Source: a virus. From it: a DNA stretch of 64,000 bases. Below the pieces are notes generated by a model. That model worked only from the letters and a program-made list of their open reading frames with translations, was not told the origin of the DNA and made no database searches. The translations under genes and the position numbers were made by a program. Of the stretch, positions 27,001 to 36,500 are shown piece by piece (position 1 is the stretch's first letter; each line of letters opens with the position of its first letter). Where the stretch lies: the IMG/VR virus record IMGVR_UViG_3300040959_000809. One strand, written 5' to 3'.

Positions 27001-27080
27001 AAATTGATAGGAAACGCCTGGGGTATTCCATGCCCAAGCGTTTGTGATCTTCCTCGTAGTGACTTAAATCTGCTTGCCAT
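21009..27080 (-). CDS. Collagen-like (Gly-X-Gln) fibre (2023 aa) with interspersed globular domains, a cupredoxin-like domain and a C-terminal S74 chaperone
   Basis: Long QG(V/I/F/T/L)QG tracts; four homologous GG(V/L/M)(S/T)(F/L).(Y/W) domains; HPFY...YYQCQFHGTMVG; C-terminal SESDARVKENV...GVIAQEVE...VAYGNMVGLLIEAIKEL. Confidence 0.92.
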   Translation of the reverse strand: MASRFKSLRGRSQTLGHGIPQAFPINLDPVPFEGAIVYAENGDLKYSNGTAWVDLGAGPQGTTGIQGNDGNQGVQGDYGPGFTIIGSVPDVDAGGDPQATLNTAFPSANLGEGVIDQADDELWIYDGSTWVNIGSFRGVQGFQGVQGVQGNQGTIGEEGIQGSRGYRGNQGVQGLQGVQGNQGVRGNQGVQGIQGVQSTQGIQGSLGFQGVQGVQGVQGVQGDTGIQGYDGTQGIQGVVGQYGGVSLRYTYNQTDITNTDPGAGIIKGSDGVFGDSTQLYIDVEDADGVNVHGLLQEFYESSNPNSKGYLKIADATNVYNYFVYEIVSGSLTGTSSAGYHVLNVTTNIGAAASLANGTDVRISFIRTGDQGIQGVQGDTGIQGFDGIQGPQGVQGVQGNTGIQGFDGFQGIQGHTGYNGGLTFTWIWNSSTSEGFPGLNSWLLNNTNVTTADKLYIDDLTETGRRVDGLFDYLDSIAGNPAKGQIFVRTLKDQSTDDYEFVIYNILDWTWSPTGTGKDWGHFDVQWVASSLLGGTDASPGTNWNTGAANVYGNSTIINFIPAGTLGPQGVQGDTGVQGFTGNQGVQGFQGSQGTQGFQGNRGIQGVQGIQGDTGVQGVQGIQGTQGLRGYTGAYGGMTFEYNFLSDTAVSDPLAGNLKFDNAVLATAANMRISDEDATGNDLDAFLRTIDDSTSGVKGYFKVISVVDPSIFVIYQIDSLSEVPTYFTVGCTFIAGNGTSAYFTTNPEVVVTFTRTGDQGTQGVQGVQATQGIQGTQGFQGAQGPQSVQGIQGAQGDLGFQGLQGVQGVQSAQGVQGNTGVQGNQGVQGDFGPQGFQGTQGTQGFQGFQGLEGNRTYQVVNDGSSAWEIDGVTNNPTLRLLRGFTYVFNVNASGHPFYIKTDPGTGTGDQYNNGVTNNGAQVGQIFFKVPGDAPDTLYYQCQFHGTMVGQMDISDLGPQGVQGVQGVQGDLGPQGPSGSFGGVSFDYTFSSSTAVGDPGVGKLRFNNSTWSSASLLVMNERDDNFTSIESYLRTIDDSTSTIKGHWKLTEGANPQNFALGTISASTEVGSYHVIDITYLSGSITSLPDGTDVRITFARTGDIGDRGVQGPQGTQSVQGLQGPPGEGTQGIQGPQGIQGGGGVQGVQGFVGDPGVQGVQGVQGVQGVQGIVGEGLQGIQGVQGTQGLQGEAGDGVTGLQGLQGSEGQPGIQGPQGIQGVQGDLGIQGFQGNDGGAGLGAQGVQGAQGFQGSDGAQGNEGFQGNDGNQGIQGVQGGFGTGSDGFQGTQGTQGFQGLIGEEGPEGNGTQGLQGFQGTQGVPGFGDPGVQGFQGFQGITGFQGGNGAGDPGTQGIQGVQGVQGVQGIEGDQAIQGTQGPQGVQGRMGVQGLTGNDGGGTQGIQGMQGWQGVQGEEGTVGSGVQGVQGNDGIQGIQGYTGGGIDGFQGMQGMQGEAGENALVSEDGAQGLTGFQGIQGLTGIQGVQGITGIQGAQGIQGTVGVDGEGLQGLQGEAGLQGYDGFQGVQGADGSANAIFVTNIHDQTVAVQSTNMFIPFFDGTAANPRDLYATIGPNPGSDSNFYYQSSVDELNVENIHTYDKITVDGSVDIDSSTATINLVDNAKLFFGTGDDFEMYFDGTDMNAAFNNSNFTMNFRNTADTVTASLSGEGNLVVNDITVNGTVTGIDSGPSGGFDISVEDENYWTISAGSMTFTTVSAVSGLAPTDTVPTGTPIVTMNGSGTGARSLEYTIPVNFVGSDKLVFWSNKGGGGWGDSPEAGEDLKLYAKNTGDASWIDLGVISGVADVSNVWYKKELEIATLQTIASTAVIFDSPAGVEIKIQQDNASGDNFDNWAFTSFTVAPAGGGGGLDPATAIQLNDNVNLELGTGSDYDLFFDGSHLNFDTAIDSYDIKFGVAGSAKFTMNMGNGDFTATGDIISESDARVKENVQTIENALDKVNAMRGVTFTKINSDDGRTHAGVIAQEVEAVLPEVVSEKDDGMKSVAYGNMVGLLIEAIKELKGEVEDLKSE

Positions 27081-27502
27081 CAGACATCATCCTCTTCCGA
27101 TTGGCCAAGGGTGAATGATAGAGTACAATCTACGTGTAGGTTTTTATCTGCTTTTATCTCCAATGTATCACCGGATTTAAAGAATTGTCCGTTGATAGGA
27201 ATAGGAATTGTATCATATGAAGGAACTGGTAAATTTCTTAAAATGTACCATGAATCGTTTTCGACATATCTATATGCCTTAAGATCAACATATGCAGTAT
27301 TTGCAGTTGTGTTGCAGAGAATGAGTGGTGAGATAACTTCACCAACTCCAGGCTCGACAGTCGTAGATCCACCAAACACAAGTTCTGGAACCTCGTAGTT
27401 AGGAACATCGATAAGTATTTGCCAGTTTGTGGTCAACGTTTTGTTCACATATACCGGTTTGGCGTCCGGTGCCTGTGTTGTTGTAATAGTTGTAATAGTC
27501 AT
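27080..27502 (-). CDS. Conserved hypothetical 140-aa virion-module protein
   Basis: Translationally coupled on both sides (TAATG at 27502, TGATG at 27080); predicted beta-rich. Confidence 0.8.
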   Translation of the reverse strand: MTITTITTTQAPDAKPVYVNKTLTTNWQILIDVPNYEVPELVFGGSTTVEPGVGEVISPLILCNTTANTAYVDLKAYRYVENDSWYILRNLPVPSYDTIPIPINGQFFKSGDTLEIKADKNLHVDCTLSFTLGQSEEDDV

Positions 27503-30500
27503 TATACGATCGCCCTACTGTTGGATGCTCTTCTTGCGAGTTTTCTTACTGATGATGTAAACGGCCTACCTTCAATTCGCCCTGTTCTACCATTAATCCT
27601 CAATCCTCTAGCGAAGTATTGGTTGTTCAATTCGTCAGCACCTGACCAACGAACTCTACCACCATCTTCAGAGAGAACAGAAGCCAAGGCCGAAATCGGA
27701 AGACCAATGTTTCTAAAGTTTAGAGGCAATGCCGTTCTATTTACACCAGCGGATGCACCGTTAAACTGGTGGGCAATAGATTCAACCAACGAACCGAATT
27801 GCAATGTGTTAGGTCTTAAAACATTTCCAAGTATAATATCATTAAACAGGCCATTAATCATTGTGTTTTCGTCCGCTCCCCCATTCAAATTAGTTGTAAT
27901 ATAATCTCTCATTTTTTCCCATGATTTATAAAATGCATATAAGAGTTGATCATTGTTAGCACCATCATTAACCCAGATTGTTCCGTTCCAATAATATACT
28001 GTTCCTGAATATCTGTTTGTGTTGTTATCTGTTGGTACTATGTAAGCATCATTCCTCTTAGTTTCATTAGTATCAACATTATTTATATCAGTAGTGGTGC
28101 CCTTAAAGTTCAATCCTCTCGTTGTTGGATTAAATACAGGGAATACATGAGTACCGTCATAATTAAAGAATGAAGCAACAAATGTTCTTGTAGCTTTAGA
28201 CGAACCTTTACCTTCAATTCCACCATAGCCTGGTGCACTAGTAATTGCTGTATTAATGAATCTGAAATCATTAGCAATAGTATATAACAAGTTTAGAGAA
28301 TCACGTCTTGTTAGATTTATATCTATGAAATTATATTCTGAATTTACAAATCTTACAATCTCTGACTGCAATACTCTTCTCTTTGCAACCAAAATGTCTC
28401 TTGAGAACTTATGAACACCATCGGCTGCATAATCAAAATCAGGTAAATCAAGTGCCGGTAATCTCTTAGTATCATTATTTAGGAGTGTTTCATACAAGAT
28501 ATTAGCAAGATATTTGACCTTAGTTCCTTCGACTGAACTTGCAACTTCTTCAACCACCACCGCTTCTGGGTCTTTACCTAAAACAATGGCTTCACAAATT
28601 TCACCAAGCTGACGATATGCTTTTGCAGTTGGAATTCTTTGATTCTCAGGAAGTCTTAAAATGTTATTCCAGTAGTAGAAATCTGCATTCCATCTTGTAG
28701 CTGCATTACCGCCATAGTTAAGGTCAAAGCTGAATGCAGGGATGATGTACTGTTGAACATCTCTGCGACACTTAGCTTTATTATAATCAAGAACCGTAAA
28801 CTCTTCTCTGAGCCATTCTTGAACATCATCAGCCAACATATCTTTATTATTGTCAATAGCGTCTGCTGCCCATATTTTACTTGCCTCGACCCATGAAAGA
28901 TCAGGTTCAACAAGTTCAGGAATTACCGCAGTACTGTCTGCTCTAATTACGTCCTCAACTATTCCGATAAGATTTTTAACTTCAAGTGCAGTAGCACCAT
29001 CTGATGGTTCATAAGTAAAGTCTTGGCCTGCGCCAGTATTAGCCTCAAGAACAATATCAGACATAAGATTACCCATTTCAAGATAAACATCTGCTGTTTG
29101 TATTCTTGTATCAACAGGTAAAACACTAATTCCGTTTTCAAAGTAAATTTGAGCAGATATTCTTGAAGCATGGTTTGTCTGATAGTTAATATCATGTGAA
29201 ACCGCATCAACAAGATAACCCATATCTCTGCGACATTTATCTCTTGGGAAACTCAAGCCATTGTATTCAGTTGAGATATATGAAATCATATTTTCTACAA
29301 GAGTGACTGTATTGTCCTCAATAAGATCTTTTGAAGCAACAAAGTGATCATCAACCCAAGTAATAATAGGATCAATTCTTTGTGGGATATTAGATGGATC
29401 TTCATCATCAGCGATTGAGGAAATAATCCAAGCCAAATCTCTAGCTTCGGTTGCAATCTCAGGTTTTGCAGGGTTTGCACCAGGCAGACCCATAAGATCA
29501 GGAACCAATGTATTTTTACCAGATGGAGTAACTGTTTCACGTTTAATCAGTTTTTCAATTACCTCACCGAGATGAGCAAATGCTCTTCTTGTAGGTTCTC
29601 TTTGATCTCTATCCAAAACATTAACTGCATTTTTAAAGTAAATTTCAGCACAGCCATGAATTGCCGCATTACCACCATATTGAATATCGTGTGAGATAGC
29701 ATCAACAATGTAACCAGTGTCTCTCCGACATTTATCTTCATCATACTCTAGGAAGTTATATTTTTCATTTAGGAATGGAACAATGTCAGCTTGAATTTTA
29801 GACTTAAGATCATTATTGATTGTGTTATATGCATTTTGGAATTCCAAATCGTAGCCTGTAGCATTTACACCTGCAGCATCAATATTTGTTACCGCTGGTA
29901 ATTCTCTCAAGCTATCCGCTGTAATCACATCCGAAACAATTTCAAACAGAGCCTGTACATTATCACCAACGGCCGCAGTGGTTGCACCGAATGAAACTGT
30001 ATCTTGAGTTTCAGCATTACCTGCACTTTTGGTTACTGGTTGTTTAAGTACCAATTGTTCTGCCACTTCAGCAAGCCGTACAAAGGCAGCCGCAGTTGGA
30101 GCTTTTTGATCATCTGGAAGAACACTTACTGCATTTTCAAAATACAGTCTAGCAACATCACGGATACCTGTATTGGTATTATGTCTGATATCATATGTTA
30201 CAGCATCCACCATATAACCTACATCACGGTAACATTTATTTTGGTCATATGTCAATCCTGCAAAGTTAATTCCAAGCCAGGCAAGTACCTCAGCCTGCAT
30301 GAATGTTCTGTTTGCAATTAAGCCTTGAGCAGCATTAAGGTTCGATGTACTTGCGTTTGCAGATCCAAAGACATATGCAGGAGCAGCATCAACACCGTCA
30401 GTAAGGACATCAAATAGAGCAGTGAATGAAGCTTTTGATCTATCTAGTGCGTTACCAGTAATCCCGTCCTCAATCTTTCTTTGAACAAACTTAAAGCCTT

Positions 30501-33500
30501 CGATTGTTTCTGATAATTGATCGTCAATAACCTTATCAGCACCTAAAGTACCAATACGATATGCCCGACCTGCATAAACAGAATTATAATTACTACCAGT
30601 AAGAATATCTCTAGCAATAGCATCTACAATGTAACCAGCATCTCTGGCACATTTGCCTTCCTCGAAGGTAAAGAATACATCGTTGATATATGAAACTATT
30701 TCTTCTTGTAGGAAAGGTTTATTTCTCTGAATAATGTTTCTAGCAAATGTTCTCTTCGGCTCATATGTTGGAGCACCAGAGATTGCAGGAAGATCGGAAG
30801 GTTCTTTATATTCATCAATTGCATTAGCAATAATGAGTACCAAATCCTTGGCTGCCTGTGCGGTTGTTGCATCAGCGGCAATTCCATCTACATTTTGATA
30901 TGGACCTTCACTGATTGCATTAGCAACAGCAGAGATAAATGTGTGTGCATATTGCCCTGTACCACCAGTCCCTACATTCATTGTAATGGAGGTTCCTGTT
31001 ACACCAGTAATTGTAACCGGTTTTCTCCAGAAAGGATGGTGAGCTTGAGGTGCAGTTGATTGCTGTGGGCCACTTCCTGCATCACATTCGAATGTAAAGC
31101 CTTCGTCCTTAAGATAAACTGTTTCACCAACTCTAAGTGAGTGTGATCCGATGGTTGCAGTAAATACACCTGTTGCAGGATCATAAGTGGCGCCTGTTGG
31201 AGTGTATTGAGTATATGATGGGGTGACAGCAATTTCTTGAGCAATATCAGAAATAACATCTGCCATATGGAGGTAAGCTTGTTTTGTAGGCTCACGTTGA
31301 TCCTTAGGCAGTGTATTGATAGACTTGATATAATCAATATAATTTGTTTCGTTACTGTTTGTATCCAATGTAGAAGCAGGTCTTGTCTGCTTTTCTGGAT
31401 AAGCTTCACTCAGTTCAAGTGCTGCCTCAAAGTATTCTTTAACTGCAGTAATTGTAGCTTCATTACCACCGTATTCCATATCTTGAGCAATGGCATCAAC
31501 AATATAACCCACATCACGTGAGCATTTTTCTTGATTATATGATAGTCCGTTATATGTTTCTGAAATAAAGTTCAGAATTTCAAACCCATATTTTTCTCTA
31601 ACACCATTAATATATTCATATGCTTCCTGTTCAGCAACAGCAGCAGTAACAGTTGGTTCCTCATATGCAGGAAGATCTGCAAATTCATCACCACGGATCA
31701 TGTCAGATACAATGGCAAATAGATCCTGTGTCCGTTGAGAAATACTCAGAGCAGAATCCTTAATTGCATCAGTAGTTGCCGAGATAAATGTATGAGCACC
31801 AGTGTAACCATTTGCATCACCGACATCAAGTGTGATAGATGTTGAGGTAACAGATCTAATTGGAACTGCCTGGTCATAAATTGGATCGGTTGCTCTTGGA
31901 TGCGAAATCTGTTGAGCAGGTGAACCACATTCCCAAGTAATACTTTCCAAACCAAAGGTAACTCTATCACCAGCCACAAAGTTATGAGCACCAATGGTGA
32001 CTTCCATAATTCCAGTAACTGGATCATATGTTCCGCCAGTTGGAGTAAATCCTCCTGGAACAGTCACATCAGCATTCTCTGGGTTGGTATTTGTTTTTAC
32101 AACTGGTTGACCTCTGACAATTCTTCCAGCAAGTGCAGCAATTCTTTCAAACACTTCAGCTGTAATTATCTTTTGTGCTTCCGGTAATACACTTACTGCA
32201 TTGTCAAAGTAAAGTCTTGCATTATTTACAGCCGCAGTATTTGAACCGTGTTGAATGTCGAATGAAATTGAGTCAACAAGATATCCTACATCTCTTTCAC
32301 ATTTGGCAACATCATATGAGAAGGCAGGGTAATTGGCCGCAAGCCAGGCTGTTGCCTCTGCTTGAAGGAATGCCTTATTGGTTTGCAATGCAATTCTAGC
32401 ATTTGTGTGACCAGTACTTACGGTAGGTGTTCCAAATGTAATTGCGTCGGCATTACCTTGACCAGCATTCATAATGTCAATGATTTCATCAAATGCAGTA
32501 TTTGATCTTGTGAGTGCAGTACCAGTAAGATTGGCACCAATTTCACCTTTTAACCAGGTAATAGCACCAACTGTTTCTGTAAGTTGGTCAGTTATTACAA
32601 GATCACCGCTTGATGTTCCAGCACGGTAAGCCAGTCCAGCAAACACTGAGCTGAAATTAGACCCTGTCAGTACATCTCTTTTGACTGCATCAAGAATAAG
32701 CGCCGTATCACGTGAGCATTTTGCGCCGTCATATGTGAAATAATTATTGTTTAAATACCCAACAACTTCATCTTTGATGAGCTGTTTATTTGCCAACAAT
32801 TGTCTTCCTGTAAGTACACCGCCTTTTGTCGCTTGGGTGTGTATAACACTACCAGCAGAAGCACTTTCAAATGTATGTGCACCTGAGTAACCAGCGGCAC
32901 CAGAGTTAAATGTAATTCCAGTAGCTGTAGTCGAGGTAATTTCAATAGGCACACCATAGTTTGGCTCACCTATCCGTGGATTTGAAATATATTCTGTTGG
33001 CGATCCACAAGACCAAGTAAGGCCATAAGGTGCAATTTCAACAAAATCACCGGTTTCAATAGCATGTGTTCCGATTTCAAGAGTTGTGACACCAGTGACT
33101 GGATCATATGTACCATTGGTTGGTGTATGAGTTTCAATTACCTTAGCAGGATCACTCCAGTAAATTGCATCAACATTAACAGCACCTGTTTCAGCACTTA
33201 CAAATGTGTGAGTACCAGTGTAACCATTAGCATTTCCAACATATACTTTAATTGTTGAGCCATCCACATCATGAATTCTTACTGGAGTCTGATATGGGCC
33301 ATCAGTAGGTCTTGGGTGTGTAATTGTTACTGGGTTTGAGTTGGCATCAAGACATGAGAATGTAATGCTGCCAGGTTTAAATTGAATCCAGTCACCTTGC
33401 TTAAGGTTGTGTTGGCCAATTGTAACAACCATTTCACCATTTACAGGATCATATGTTGATGTTATAGGAGTATAGGAACCTGTATATGTTGCCAATTTAA

Positions 33501-36500
33501 ATGAATCAGCATCGGCACTCACCAGAGTGTGCGCACCAGTGTATCCACCCGCGTCACCAACGTTCATTGTAATAGTTGTGTTGGTAACCTCAACAATTGT
33601 TTGTGGTGTTCTATACGCTGGATCTGACGGTCTTGGATGTGTAATTTGCACCGCAGGTGAGCCACATTCCCATGTCATGCTTTCATCGGCAATCAATATT
33701 TGTTGACCAACCTGAAGATCATGTGTACCAATAGTAACTTCCATGACTCCAGTTGTTGGGTCGTATACGGCACCTAGTGGTGTATATACTCTGCCGGCAT
33801 TTTCCATAATGCTGACAACTTCATTAAATGCATTATTTACTCTTTGAATAGATTCTGCGTCAGTTAAAACCGTATTTGCAACTTGATCTTTAAGATGTCT
33901 AATTGCTCCGGCAGTCTGTGTTAATTGGCTTCCGACAACTTCACTAGCAGTTGCTGTATAATAAGCAACACCAGATTGAATTGAGTTGAAGTTTGTGCCG
34001 AGGAGCATATCACGCTCTACAGCAGGTAAGATATATTCAATTGTGTCACGGCGACACTTATCACTATCGTATAGGAAATAGTTATCATCAATCCAGTTTA
34101 ACATATAATCCTGTATATAGGTTCTGTTAGCCTGAAGTTGTTTTCTGGCATTTCTATTTACAGCTGGGATTGAAGCATCATTGCTATAAGTAATTTCCGA
34201 ACCTACAACCGAGATACATTTTTTGGTTGATCTTTCAAACTTATGTCTAAAGTTAGTAGAAGTACCTACGAACACTGTAAACCCAGTCACAGTTACTGCT
34301 GTAATAGGCAATGGTCGTTGGTAAGCAACTTTATCAGTAGGTCTTGGATGTGCAAGTTCTGTTACAAAATCATCATCCTCACATGTAAAGATCATGCTAC
34401 CTGGATCAATAACTATTCTTGTTCCTACAGTCAAGTCATGGAAACCAATTGTTACTGTCATGGAACCAGTGACTGGATTATAAGTTGCATCTACTGGAGT
34501 ATATTTACGTCCAGCATTATTTAAAATGTCAACAATCTCATTGATTGAATCCGAGGCACCAACTTCACCAGCAGATGAGTTGGCCGATAGTAGATCCGCG
34601 GTTTGAGTTCTTAATCTTTGATAAGCAGAAACCGTTTCATTTCTTTGTTCACCAATAACTTTTCTGGCAGTATTCATATAGTATGCATTGCCAGCAGTTA
34701 CCGCATTGTAGTTTGTGTCCAACAGCATATCATATTTTGCTGCAGGTAAGATATAGTCCTGAATATCTCTGCGACACTTGTTGCTATCGTAAGCATAGAA
34801 CTGATCGTTATCTTCAATCCAATCAATAAACTTTTCAGTAATATGATCTGTATTGTTCATCAGAAGCTTACGTGCTGCGGTTCTGGAAACAACACCAGTA
34901 TCTTCAAATACCAGTGGAGCCGCATAGTCTTCGCCGTTTTCAAGAATATCCAGTGTTGCATTGAACGAAGTATTTGCTCTTTCCAGAACTGATACATCTG
35001 AATTTCTAAACAGGTAGTCAACTTCATCTTTCAGATGTCTAATTGAACCTGCAGTCTCATTTAACTGTTCACCATATACACGTTGTGAAATTGGGCTACG
35101 ATATGTAAGGCCGTTTAAGCGACCCCAGTAGTTTGTGTTTAATGCAACATCATAACCTACACTATCAATGATAATGCCCGTGTCACGCTTACATTTATCT
35201 GAATCATATTCCTGTAGACCTAACCCACCGTTTGCAGTGTTTGCCGTGAGATAGTCAACCATATCCTCAATGATATCTGTTGCTCTATTTTCAATCGAAT
35301 CCGCAAAGTCAGTATTGCCAACCAGATTTGCAGTTGTATCTTGTGGAGCAAAGATTGTAGTACTACCTTTTGCTCTCATTGAAATATCACCAAACTGAGT
35401 ACCTGAGTTGTTCAGTGTCATTTGACCACCGTTCAGAGCATAGAATGCTACACGAACAAAGATTGACAATGAACCAATACCGTTTACACCAGCACCATCA
35501 CGTGCAACGTAACCGATACCGTTTTGGGTACGAGGTGTAGCACCAAATGCAAGGAAGTAAGTATAAAGTGAGTCAGTATCTAGCTGTCGTCTATCCGCAA
35601 GAATTACACCGCCACCGCGGCCAACCAATGGGTTAGGGAAATCATCAATACCCAATGCATTGACTTGACCAGTACCACCGGATTGCGCATAGACATAATC
35701 ACCAACTTCTACTGTGCCTTTTAAGTTCCGAACAAAGATTTTATTGTTGGTTGCAAGATCAGGATCTATGCCCTTGGCAGTATCTAGTGAATCATCCCAT
35801 GAAAGGAATCCATAAGCGCCATTTGAGAATGTAACCTCATCGCCTTCATTAAACTCACCAGAATGGCCAACCTCCAAGATAACTTCTTGACCTAGATCGG
35901 CAACAGTACCTTTTGAGTTAAATGGCTGCAATGGTGGCTCGACATCTAGTCGATTAAAGTTTGAAAGCTGAGATGAGTCACGCACATATGGTGAACGTAA
36001 GATTTTTGCACCAGGGCGATATGCATAAGCAAATCCGCCTTCAGGGTAATCAAAGTTATCTACTTTCCAGTTGAAGAATGAGAAACCTTGAGCATAACAA
36101 CCAGAACCTAGTAGGAAACAGTTCTCAGATTCATAACCAGGTAATGCTTGGATAACAGTTGCGTATTGACCAGATGTTGATGTAATCGAACAATCGTCAG
36201 GTAATTTAATATTACCTTTTGTATAGTGGGTACCTGGCCCAACCGAGATATGAACTGCATCATTTAAACCGTTTCTGTTAAATGAACCCCCCGCTTTTTC
36301 AAGTGCCAGTTCCGCAGCTCTTTCCAAAGTACCAACTGGTTGTAAAATGGTACCTGGTGCGTCATCATCACCATCAATGGCAACATGGACCTTGAGTGCT
36401 TTTTCTGTTTTTCTAGCAATCTCGTCAAAGAATTGTCTATATGAAATCTTTTCAGTTTCATCAGTTTTGACATTTTTAATGGCGAAGTAACTGTCTTCGT

